This document shows positions 1 through 8,858 of a stretch of 64,000 nt of DNA, one piece after another. The notes beneath the pieces were generated by a model. That model searched no databases. It saw only the letters and a list, made by a program, of their open reading frames with translations, and was not told the origin of the DNA. A program made the translations under genes and the position numbers. The stretch's first letter is position 1. Each line of letters starts with the position of its first letter. The stretch comes from Patescibacteria group bacterium. Its GTDB lineage: Bacteria; Patescibacteriota; Saccharimonadia; CAILAD01; JADZBC01. Location of the stretch: assembly GCA_052034495.1 (NCBI GenBank), contig JBPOIL010000001.1:84293-148292 (forward strand), given 5' to 3'.

Positions 1-1
1 A

Positions 2-1324
2 CTTGTTTATATTGACCCGCCTTACAACACCAAAGGTGCTAACGACATATTTACCTACAATAATAGTTTCAACCACAGTGCGTGGCTAACCTTTATGAAG
101 AACCGTCTTGAAGTAGCCCACGAAATGCTTCGCAACGATGGTTTCATAGCGATAACTATTGACCACGTTGAGTTGTTCTATCTTGGTGCATTGGCAGATG
201 AGGTTTTTGGTGCGGAAAACCGTGTAGGCGTTGTAACTATTCTTATCAACCCAAAGGGGCGTCAGCACGAGAAGTTCTTTTCTGCTTCAACGGAGTATAT
301 GCTCGTCTATGCCAAAGACATTTCAAAGGCACAATTTGAGCAAGTTACTCTTGATGATGAAATTGCCCAAACCTTTGACCAGCAAGACGAACAGGGCAAG
401 TTTAGGTGGCAGTCATTTGCTCGTATTAGAACAAGCACAAGCCGTGAAGCAAAGCCCGCTTTTTATTACCCGATATACGTCAGTCCAGACTTACAGCATA
501 TTACTACTGACAACCTAGATGGTTATACCCCTGTTTACCCTGTATCAAATGGTAAGGATTATAGCTGGAAAACAAAGCCAGATACCTTTGCCGAACGTCT
601 TGCTGATGGTCAATACCGAGCTTATAAAAACGGAAATGGAAACATTGAAATACAGCACAAATATCGTGAACAGCAAGTTCTAAAAAACTTATGGACCGAC
701 AAAAAGTATTTCCCAGAGTTTCAGGGAACAAACCTATTGAAAAAGATAGTAGGCGAAGGTAAGTTCAGTTACCCTAAGTCGCTTTATGCTGTTATGGACA
801 CTATAAAACTTATGTCGTCAGGCGATGATATTGTATTGGACTTTTTCGCTGGTTCAAGTACCACTGGACACGCCGTTCTTGAATTGAACGCAATTGACGG
901 CGGAAACAGGCGGTTTATACTCGCAGAACAAATTGAGAAACATTATGACGTTGGTGTTGAACGAATTACAAAGGTAACGAAGGCACTGGATAGTAACGCT
1001 GAAACAATTTGCTTTGAACTAAAAAAATACAACCAAGAATACCTAGACGCCATTATGGAAGCAACGAGCATAAAGGAACTTGAAGACTTGTATGTTGATA
1101 TGCGTAACAATGCCTTCTTGAAGTTTTGGTTTGACCGAGCCGAGTTTGAGAAAGACGAAAACTTCCGAAGCAAAGATTTAGAAGGTCGCAAACAGGCACT
1201 TGCCGACATACTAGACGAAAACCAACTATACCTCAACTACGCCGATATGAACGATACACGTCATACAGTGTCGTCAGACGAGAAGGCACTAACGGACAAG
1301 TTCTATGGCGAAAACGAAAACTAA
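2..1324 (+). CDS. mod: Type III restriction-modification Mod subunit, N6-adenine DNA methyltransferase; 5' end cut by window edge
   Basis: Frame from nt 2 reads LVYIDPPYNT (the DPPY catalytic motif). Long ORF is 20 nt upstream-overlapped by a DEAH helicase-type res gene. Confidence 0.8.
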   Translation, partial: LVYIDPPYNTKGANDIFTYNNSFNHSAWLTFMKNRLEVAHEMLRNDGFIAITIDHVELFYLGALADEVFGAENRVGVVTILINPKGRQHEKFFSASTEYMLVYAKDISKAQFEQVTLDDEIAQTFDQQDEQGKFRWQSFARIRTSTSREAKPAFYYPIYVSPDLQHITTDNLDGYTPVYPVSNGKDYSWKTKPDTFAERLADGQYRAYKNGNGNIEIQHKYREQQVLKNLWTDKKYFPEFQGTNLLKKIVGEGKFSYPKSLYAVMDTIKLMSSGDDIVLDFFAGSSTTGHAVLELNAIDGGNRRFILAEQIEKHYDVGVERITKVTKALDSNAETICFELKKYNQEYLDAIMEATSIKELEDLYVDMRNNAFLKFWFDRAEFEKDENFRSKDLEGRKQALADILDENQLYLNYADMNDTRHTVSSDEKALTDKFYGENEN

Positions 1325-4133
1325 AATAAATGCGACACTTGGCGACTTCCTATTCAACCAAATAGAAAACGACCCTGCCTACATAGCGTGGCAAGCTGAT
1401 TTTACTATTCCTGAATACGTTACTGACAATTTGAGTAAGACCCTGCGTGAATACCAAATAAAAGCCTTGAAGCACTTTATTTGGCTGTATGAAACCGACA
1501 GAGCCAGAGCAAAGCACCTGCTGTTCAATATGGCGACAGGTACAGGTAAAACGCTCGTAATGGCGTCTGTGGTGCTATACCTATACGCACAAGGCTATCG
1601 CAACTTCCTGTTTCTAGTCCATCAGATACAAATCAAAGACCAAGCACTGAAAAACTTTACCGATTATAAGTTTGAGAAGTACCTATTCAATCCAAAGGGC
1701 GTAAGAATAAACGGGCGTAATGTAGCCGTAAAAGAAGCAAAGAGCATAACAGACACAGACCGCAACGCTATCAACTTTATGTTCTTCAGCACTTCGCTAC
1801 TTTATAATCGCCTGCTTGAAGATAAAGAAAACGGACTTACAGCCCAAGACTTTGCCGACAATGATGTAGTTGTAATTGCTGACGAAGCCCATAGGCTCAA
1901 CGTAGATACCCGAAGCAAAAAGAAGGCTGACATTGAAGAAGTCCGAAACTGGGAAACTGCCGTAATGTCGGCGGTCAAAGCTCGTGAAGGAAACCTGCTA
2001 CTTGAATATACGGCAACTGTTGATTTAGCCAACCAAGCAATTCACGAAAAGTACAAAGACAAGTTAGTTCATCGCTACGACTTTTTGGAGTTCAATCGTG
2101 ATGGTTATAGCAAGGACGTAAAGTTCTTATACAACAAAGAGGTTCATACCGAAGACCAAAAGCGTCTGCTTATCATCAACGCCGTTGCTTTGAGTGAATA
2201 TCGCAGGTTGCTTGCCGAGCGTGAAATGGGCGTTGATATGAAGCCGATTGTGCTAGTAAAGTCAGTCAAAATTGCCCAAAGTGAAGAAGACCGTGCGTTC
2301 TTTGACGGCGTTATTTCTAGCCTACGTCCAGACGACTTGAACCGATTGAAGGAACTTGCCAAGCAAAACGTAAACCACGAACACGAAATACTCAACGATA
2401 TGTTTGCGTGGCTCAAAGAGCCTAAAAACGGCTTTGTTTCGCAAGGCGATTGGGAAGGCTTGAATAAGTTTGTTAGTGAAATACGAGCCAGTTTTGCCCA
2501 CGATAATACGCTCATATACAACAGCCAGAAGAAGGAAAAAGCCGAACTGTTACCGTTGCTGGACAGCCCACGCAACACTATTCGTGCCATATTCAGCGTC
2601 AATGCTTTGAACGAAGGCTGGGACGTATTGAGCCTATACGACATTATTCACTTTGATATTAGCGAAAGTAAGAAAGTCAGTCTTCAAGATATTCAGTTGA
2701 TTGGTCGTGGTGCTAGGTATTTCCCTTATGAACTGCCACGCTCGTATAAGCCAGATGATGATAGCAATAAACTTTCTCTTGATTTTGCTCAACGCAATTT
2801 AGAGTTTGATAAAGACCGCCGAAAGTTTGATAACGCACCTTTTGAGCGTGGTCGTGTGTTGGAAACTTTTGTTTATCACTTCGTAAAGACTGGTATGTTC
2901 CTAGAAAACTTACAGCGTGATTTGCTTGGCGAAGGCATAATCAACGAAGGTGTTGAGCGAAAGACTATTACGCTAAAGACGAAGTTCCTTGAAAGCGAAA
3001 CCTACAAAAAAGGCTTTGTGCTAGTCAACCATACCGTCAAGCGAACCAAAACAACCGAAGACGAAATTGACACAACTTTCAACCGCACTATCAAGGCTGG
3101 TTTGTATAACCTACGGTCAAGGGGCTTATCTGACTATGAGCAAAACCAACAAATTGCGAGCCAGAAAACAAAGGTTATTCGTATTACCGATGAGTTTTTT
3201 GCCGAGCCGATAATACGCAAAGCGTTGGTATCTGCCGAAGCCAACTTTTTCCGCTACAACAACCTAGTTCAGCACATACCTGATTTGAAGACAGTTGACG
3301 AGCTGATAAACGAATACCTGCCAAAATACGAAATTACCTACACTTACGAAGACGGCAAAGATATTGGGTTATTGAACGCACAAGAAAAGTTACAACTGCT
3401 TGTTGGTGCTATTTTGCCAGAAGTTCGTAAGCGTATCGACATTTATATGCCACGAGAAGCAGGAAGTAACAAGTTTCGTCCAGTGTCATTATCGCAGGTG
3501 TTTGGTAAGGAAAAGAACATATACCTTATGTCGTTTCCAAGTATTGACCCTGCGACTGGCGAGAAGGTGTTCATTAGCACTGACGAGCGAGCCAAAGCCC
3601 AAAGCGACCACGACAACCCCGACTTACAGTTCAACGTAAAAGGTGCTGATTGGTATGCGTATAGTGAAAACTATGGCACAAGCGAAGAAAAGAAGTTTGT
3701 GAAATACCTTGCGAGCCAGATTGACGACTTACATATCAAATACAAAGGTGCGGAAATATACCTTGTTCGTAACGAATTGGACTATTGGCTATACAGCCTG
3801 AAAGATGGCCGTAGGTTCAGTCCAGACTATATGCTTATCATCAACGATGTTGCCAATGGCGAACTGTATTATCAGGTAATTATAGAGCCGAAAGGCGGTC
3901 ATTTGCTTGAACAGGACGCTTGGAAAGAAGAAGCCTTGATAAGCCTGAACGATGACAGTGAAGTTGTGTTTGATACCAACGAAAATGACAAGCAAGCATA
4001 CAAAGAATACTTGGCTGAAATGAGCAAGCACGGCTACAAAGAGATAAAGCCAATCGGCATAAAGTTCTATAACACTGACCCACGCCCTGAAAGCGAGTTT
4101 GCCCTAGATTTTGAGAGCAAGTTGCTGGCGTAA
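1305..4133 (+). CDS. res: Type III restriction enzyme Res subunit (SF2 helicase/endonuclease)
   Basis: Walker A ATGTGKTLV, DEAH box VVIADEAHRL, 942 aa. Overlaps the mod stop by 20 nt. Confidence 0.8.
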   Translation: MAKTKTKINATLGDFLFNQIENDPAYIAWQADFTIPEYVTDNLSKTLREYQIKALKHFIWLYETDRARAKHLLFNMATGTGKTLVMASVVLYLYAQGYRNFLFLVHQIQIKDQALKNFTDYKFEKYLFNPKGVRINGRNVAVKEAKSITDTDRNAINFMFFSTSLLYNRLLEDKENGLTAQDFADNDVVVIADEAHRLNVDTRSKKKADIEEVRNWETAVMSAVKAREGNLLLEYTATVDLANQAIHEKYKDKLVHRYDFLEFNRDGYSKDVKFLYNKEVHTEDQKRLLIINAVALSEYRRLLAEREMGVDMKPIVLVKSVKIAQSEEDRAFFDGVISSLRPDDLNRLKELAKQNVNHEHEILNDMFAWLKEPKNGFVSQGDWEGLNKFVSEIRASFAHDNTLIYNSQKKEKAELLPLLDSPRNTIRAIFSVNALNEGWDVLSLYDIIHFDISESKKVSLQDIQLIGRGARYFPYELPRSYKPDDDSNKLSLDFAQRNLEFDKDRRKFDNAPFERGRVLETFVYHFVKTGMFLENLQRDLLGEGIINEGVERKTITLKTKFLESETYKKGFVLVNHTVKRTKTTEDEIDTTFNRTIKAGLYNLRSRGLSDYEQNQQIASQKTKVIRITDEFFAEPIIRKALVSAEANFFRYNNLVQHIPDLKTVDELINEYLPKYEITYTYEDGKDIGLLNAQEKLQLLVGAILPEVRKRIDIYMPREAGSNKFRPVSLSQVFGKEKNIYLMSFPSIDPATGEKVFISTDERAKAQSDHDNPDLQFNVKGADWYAYSENYGTSEEKKFVKYLASQIDDLHIKYKGAEIYLVRNELDYWLYSLKDGRRFSPDYMLIINDVANGELYYQVIIEPKGGHLLEQDAWKEEALISLNDDSEVVFDTNENDKQAYKEYLAEMSKHGYKEIKPIGIKFYNTDPRPESEFALDFESKLLA

Positions 4134-4300
4134 TGAAGCCAATCATATCAGTCAAAGAAGCTCGTAAGTTGCTTGGTAAAGATTATGAAAAGCTGACTGA
4201 CGAGAAGATAGCCGAACTGATTGAGCAACTACACGAACTAGCCAAGTTATCTTTAGATATGGCTCGTGAACAACGCCTCAAAAAACGCTTGGCAAAATGA
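4134..4300 (+). CDS. small hypothetical protein (55 aa) translationally coupled to res
   Basis: ATG overlaps the res stop (TAATG). Basic/helical sequence MKPIISVKEARKLLGKDYEKLTDEKIAELIEQLHELAKLSLDMAREQRLKKRLAK. Below the ORF-track cutoff. Confidence 0.3.
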
Positions 4301-4366
4301 CCCCCAAAAATTCGGCATTTCATATAGCGGAGTGTCAAACAGCGAAACAAAGGGCGACTACCCCCC

Positions 4367-5326
4367 CTATGTTACCTCTGTTGGAACGCCTGTATAGAAG
4401 GCAAGTAAGTCTTCTAAATACTCTTTATTATTGGCATAAGCGTAGTCTTTAGACCAACGCACAAGCAGTAAATTACTTTGAATTATCATCTCCTCGTTTG
4501 TTATAGCGTGTCGTTTCTGCTTTTTACCAGACTTTAGTGGGTCTATAAGTTCAATAAGTATTTCTGGCGTAAGAGCAAAATAGTGTCGTCTTTGGGCTAT
4601 ATGGTTACTGTACATCTTCTCAACCATTGTTTTGCCAGTATTGTTGAACACTTCAACCACTGGCGTATCGGTAGTGATAAACTTCTTTGAGCCTTTAGCC
4701 AGATAGAACCACCATTTCTTTATTACAAACCACCTATGAAACTCTTCGCAATTAGTAATGAGCTGTAAGTGATTGACGTTATTATCAAAAGTCAGTTCAT
4801 ATTCGCCACTTACAAATGTTTTCCTTGCGTCTTCAATCTGTTCATCTGTTACTTGATGTCCTTCTTCTTCCATAGCCTTTTTAGCACCATCGGCAAAGTT
4901 TGGGTGCGTAGCCATTAGTGTAGTGATTTGTTTCATACCGTCAGCCATAGTCTTGTTTATTTGTCTTCGCATATGTGGACTTCTAATCCAAAGGGAAGCC
5001 ATAAACCACGCTAGAATATCTAATTGCTGGTCTGTTAGTGGTCGGTAATTTAGTATAGCGTCAACAATGGCGTCATACTCTTTGGCAAACTTATCTTCAA
5101 TTTCGCCAAAAAATTGCTCAAAGACTTGGCTTGTTTCGTCTTCTTTTCCAGTTTCAACAGCGTAATAAAAATCAGCATAACAAACACCGCTATAAGGTCG
5201 GGGCTTTATGAGTTTGCCTTTTTGAATATCTAAAGTCTGTAACATATTATCAACCGCAAACCGCTTGAAGTAAAAACGAGGTGCGAAATGCTGTTTCTTT
5301 GTTATCTGCTTGGTCATAATTTCCAT
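4367..5326 (-). CDS. DUF4238 family protein (defence-island associated, function unknown)
   Basis: N-terminal KKQHFAPRFYFKRF matches the DUF4238 H-x-P-x-F-Y-L-K-x-F signature. Convergent with the R-M operon. Confidence 0.6.
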   Translation of the reverse strand: MEIMTKQITKKQHFAPRFYFKRFAVDNMLQTLDIQKGKLIKPRPYSGVCYADFYYAVETGKEDETSQVFEQFFGEIEDKFAKEYDAIVDAILNYRPLTDQQLDILAWFMASLWIRSPHMRRQINKTMADGMKQITTLMATHPNFADGAKKAMEEEGHQVTDEQIEDARKTFVSGEYELTFDNNVNHLQLITNCEEFHRWFVIKKWWFYLAKGSKKFITTDTPVVEVFNNTGKTMVEKMYSNHIAQRRHYFALTPEILIELIDPLKSGKKQKRHAITNEEMIIQSNLLLVRWSKDYAYANNKEYLEDLLAFYTGVPTEVT

Positions 5327-5626
5327 TTTACATCTGTATAGGTATGTGTTGAACTGATTGTCTTTCCCAACATTTTATTCCCAACAAGCTGACCACTGTT
5401 AGTGTGTTTGAATTGTTGGGCTATTTTGGAAACAAACGATTTTTTGATACTGACACATTTTTAGGTAGTATGTGCGTTTACGGACTTTCTAAAATATCAA
5501 GGTCAAGGCATAGGGGGGGCTATGCTACGCTAAGCAACAGCCCCTTTATATTACGAACTTCGCTATCGGCATAGCCCATACTTGCCGTTCGCAGTTCGTT
5601 TGCCAGTGCGAGCCAGTAATTATTCA

Positions 5627-5650
5627 AGGAGACCCAAGGGTCTCTTTTTG
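5627..5650 (+). terminator. GC hairpin plus T-run (gagacc-caag-ggtctc-ttttt) immediately upstream of the next CDS; terminator or attenuator
   Basis: Perfect 6-7 bp stem that includes an AGGAG sequence, followed by TTTTTGG. Confidence 0.3.
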
Positions 5651-5657
5651 GTAATAT

Positions 5658-5942
5658 ATGTGCATGAGCAACACCCTAAAGGCAGGTCCTGTACACACGC
5701 TACCATCAGATCTCAAGAAAGCTTTGGTGGCGAGCCCAAAGGCGCAGGTTGCCTGGAATGATATTACGCCGCTCGCCCGCAACGAGTGGATATGCTGGAC
5801 GATTACCGTAAAGAAGCAAGAGACCCGAGACAACCACGTAAAGAGAACAGTCGAAGAGCTTGCCCAGGGTAAGCGCAGGCCTTGCTGCTGGCCTGGCTGT
5901 CCACACCGTAATCCAAAGGCAGCACGATTTATTAAGCCTTAG
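5658..5942 (+). CDS. YdeI/OmpD-associated (OmdA) family protein
   Basis: C-terminal KKQETRDNHVKRTVEELAQGKR resembles the family consensus ...ETR..RI...E.LA.GK. GC is higher than in the neighbouring genes. Confidence 0.5.
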   Translation: MCMSNTLKAGPVHTLPSDLKKALVASPKAQVAWNDITPLARNEWICWTITVKKQETRDNHVKRTVEELAQGKRRPCCWPGCPHRNPKAARFIKP

Positions 5943-5982
5943 CCCAGGTGTTATAATTCGGTTATAAATAGGGAACTATAAG

Positions 5983-6261
5983 ATGGCAAAAGCAGATAAA
6001 AACAGTCCAGAGCTCGAGATCAAGGCTAGTCTAAAAGGCGCAGAAGACTGGAAGGAATGGTGCAAAGAAAAAGGGAATTCTAACGCGAGCACCCATGGCA
6101 CAAGCGGCGCGCTGTACTTTGTAGGCTTCATTGGCTCGCTCGTATACTGGATGCAAGCGGCTACTAACTTTGGCGCTGTTCTAACCGGCTTTTTGAAGTC
6201 TATGGTTTGGCCGGCGTACTTGGTGTACAAAATGCTCGAAACCTTCTACGGTAAAGTTTAG
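5983..6261 (+). CDS. small hypothetical membrane protein
   Basis: 92 aa ORF with a C-terminal hydrophobic segment. Purine-rich sequence sits ahead of the ATG. Confidence 0.4.
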   Translation: MAKADKNSPELEIKASLKGAEDWKEWCKEKGNSNASTHGTSGALYFVGFIGSLVYWMQAATNFGAVLTGFLKSMVWPAYLVYKMLETFYGKV

Positions 6262-6330
6262 ATAAAGGTCACTGGCTGAGCTAGCCTTCGGTTTTCATAA
6301 AATACCTGTATACTTATAAGCATAAGCGGA

Positions 6331-7752
6331 GTGGAGGTAGTGAAGCGGAGGGCAGATTCCTTAGCAAAAATAGTCGTAGTTGGCACAATGACATTGTCTG
6401 CTTTGCTCCCCTGGATGAGTTCTTCGGCACTTGCCTTTTCGGGCGGGAACGGCAGTGCGGATAGTCCATACAGAATATCTTCATGCGCGGATCTTGCGAA
6501 TATAGCCAGTGACTTGGGCGCTTACTACGAATTGGCAAGCTCGATTAACTGCGATGCTCAGACTGCAGCACCTATCGGCTCTCAGGGTAGCCCCTTTACT
6601 GGCAGCCTAGATGGTAAAGGATACACAATATCCAATATTACCTATGTGGAAAACGCTTCAAAAATGGGGATTTTTGGCGTTACAGATGGAGCGACGATCA
6701 CGAATATGTTTCTTGACAATATCTACTACGGAGGACAAACAGATATTGGCTTAGTCGTTGGCTATGCAGCATCTACCACCATCTCCAAAATTGGAGTTAT
6801 GAATTCAATAGTTGAGGGGGCGAGCCTCCATACTGGCGCTCTAGTTGGATACTTGGGAGGGTCCACAATAGAAGAGAGCTACGCGGTAAACACTACGGTT
6901 ACAGGCGGAGCTATTGTGGGCGGCCTAGTCGGCAATGCTATTGGCCCATCAGGGGTGAGTAATAGCTACTTTCAGGGTACAGTTAACGCAAATGTAGAAG
7001 TCGGCGGTATAGCGGGTGCGGCGGGCCCTGGGCCAGCGTATGTGCAAAAGTCTTATGCAGACGCTATCTTTACTACCGCCGGGAGCGATGTGGTCGGTAC
7101 TGTTGGCGGCGGCGCCTGGGCTAGTGAGAACTTTATTGCGAGCAGTCCGTATCGAGGGAATGATACTGAGCCACCTATGGGCAGCTGGGATTTTGATTCA
7201 GTCTGGGTTGTCCGCACGAATGCCTATCCCACACTGAGGTGGTCGACCAATCTAGCCGACCTAAACGGGGATAGCATCTTAGATATTGATCAGCCAAACA
7301 TTGGCGGCTACGTAAGCTCACTTACTGGCAAGACTGTAGCAATCGACGTCGGGGCTGGCTGCGAACTAACCACTGACGATATGACTACCGAGGCTCAGTT
7401 GGCGGTTCAGGATCCGGCCTATGACTACGTGGACGGATTATGGGCTTTTGAAGCAGACTGCGGCGAGCAAGGAGCAAGTACAACTATAAAACTTTACTAC
7501 TACGATATTGCTGCCGAGGGGCTTGTAGCGCGCAAGCACAACCCAAATACAAATGCTTTCTTTAATATTCCTGGGGCAACGTTTACTCAGCAGACCATAG
7601 ACGGTCACGCCGTGATGGTAGTAACATATCAGATTGAAGATGGCGGCTCCCTAGACACAGACGGAGTGGTAGACGGGATGATCAATGACCCCGCAGGAGT
7701 TGCTAGATTGGTGTTATCGGCTCCAAATACCGGGCTAGGAGGTATAGAATAA
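6331..7752 (+). CDS. secreted GLUG-motif / beta-helix surface protein ending ...APNTGLGGIE
   Basis: Signal peptide present. N-terminus SPYRISSCADLANI...PIG..PFTGSLDGKGYTISNI. Repeated VGGLVG GLUG-type motifs. C-terminal domain is homologous to that of the next gene. Confidence 0.6.
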   Translation: MEVVKRRADSLAKIVVVGTMTLSALLPWMSSSALAFSGGNGSADSPYRISSCADLANIASDLGAYYELASSINCDAQTAAPIGSQGSPFTGSLDGKGYTISNITYVENASKMGIFGVTDGATITNMFLDNIYYGGQTDIGLVVGYAASTTISKIGVMNSIVEGASLHTGALVGYLGGSTIEESYAVNTTVTGGAIVGGLVGNAIGPSGVSNSYFQGTVNANVEVGGIAGAAGPGPAYVQKSYADAIFTTAGSDVVGTVGGGAWASENFIASSPYRGNDTEPPMGSWDFDSVWVVRTNAYPTLRWSTNLADLNGDSILDIDQPNIGGYVSSLTGKTVAIDVGAGCELTTDDMTTEAQLAVQDPAYDYVDGLWAFEADCGEQGASTTIKLYYYDIAAEGLVARKHNPNTNAFFNIPGATFTQQTIDGHAVMVVTYQIEDGGSLDTDGVVDGMINDPAGVARLVLSAPNTGLGGIE

Positions 7753-8843
7753 TGCTTAAAACCCACACACAAAGACTAGCTAGCCTCACAACAGTCTTTG
7801 CCTTGCTGTCCTCGGTAATTCTAAACACAAGTGCATTTACTGGTGTAGCCGTAGCTGCTGGCGAACCAGTAGTGGCTATCACTTCTCAGCCGAGTAATCC
7901 AAGCAATTTAGTTGCTCCTACTTTTGAATTCACCACAGATGAGCCCGCAGACACGTATTGCAGGGTTGACCTCGGCGCTTATGAGATATGCACCAGTCCA
8001 TACGAATTAAGCCCTCTTGCCGAAGGCGCCCACATCTTTCAAGTCTATGCATCGAACGGAGACGGTGACGGTTCAGTGGCCAGTGCTGCTTGGGAAATAG
8101 ACGTTACACCACCCGACACATCTATCGTGGAATCACCGAGCAGCCCCACATCGGATAACACCCCTGTGTTCACATTCACTAGCGCCGACCCAGGGGCAAC
8201 ATTTGAATGCTCAGTTGATGGTGCTGCTGCCGCCGCCTGCACGAGCCCTTACACCACAAGCCCGCTCGCCAATGGCCCTCATGAATTTGAGGTCTACGCT
8301 ATCGACGCCGCAGGTAATGTTGACGCAACGCCAGCTCAAGCATCTTTTGAGGTTGAAACGGGAGTGAACGACTACGAAATCCAAATGAGCTCAGCAGAAG
8401 ACGGCTCACTTATTAACTTTGTAGAAAATGGCTGCAGCACTCTGGGCGAGTGGGAGACTAAAAAGGAATCGGCTCTGGCAGTGCAAGATACCGCCTACGC
8501 CTATCCTGTCGGCCTAGTAAAGTTCCAGCTTGCTGGCTGCCCTATTGCAGGCACGGCAACGATACAGTTGACGTTTACGAGCAACCTCGAACCCAGCGCC
8601 GTGACCATACGAAAGTTCAATGAAGTAACCGGCGCCTTTACCACGCTAACGCAACAGAATAGCGGTCTACAAGTTAACCGCACCACCCAAGAGGGTAAGC
8701 AGGCCCTGCTGGTTGAATACGAGATCGTAGATGGTGGTTTGTTCGACCAAGACGGTGAAGCTAATGGGCAGATTCAAGACCCAGTAGGCTTGGCTACGCA
8801 AGTTGTCGGCATACCGAATACAGGCATAGGCCCAGGTAGATAG
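7752..8843 (+). CDS. secreted protein with two tandem ~80-aa Ig-like repeats, ending ...IPNTGIGPGR
   Basis: Signal peptide present. Repeats: PTFEFTTDEP..YCRVDLG..CTSPYELSPLAEGAHIFQVYA and TPVFTFTSADPGATFECSVDGAAAAACTSPYTTSPLANGPHEFEVYAIDAAGN. ATG overlaps the preceding stop. Confidence 0.6.
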   Translation: MLKTHTQRLASLTTVFALLSSVILNTSAFTGVAVAAGEPVVAITSQPSNPSNLVAPTFEFTTDEPADTYCRVDLGAYEICTSPYELSPLAEGAHIFQVYASNGDGDGSVASAAWEIDVTPPDTSIVESPSSPTSDNTPVFTFTSADPGATFECSVDGAAAAACTSPYTTSPLANGPHEFEVYAIDAAGNVDATPAQASFEVETGVNDYEIQMSSAEDGSLINFVENGCSTLGEWETKKESALAVQDTAYAYPVGLVKFQLAGCPIAGTATIQLTFTSNLEPSAVTIRKFNEVTGAFTTLTQQNSGLQVNRTTQEGKQALLVEYEIVDGGLFDQDGEANGQIQDPVGLATQVVGIPNTGIGPGR

Positions 8844-8858
8844 GCGCTTAGCGAGTAT

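Noticed and set aside
7741-7800. Stop-codon read-through or recoding after PNTGLGGIE that would supply a missing membrane anchor
   Set aside because: Downstream in-frame sequence (CLKPTHKD then a stop) is neither hydrophobic nor open. TAA, TAG and TGA are all used as stops in housekeeping genes here, so the standard code applies.
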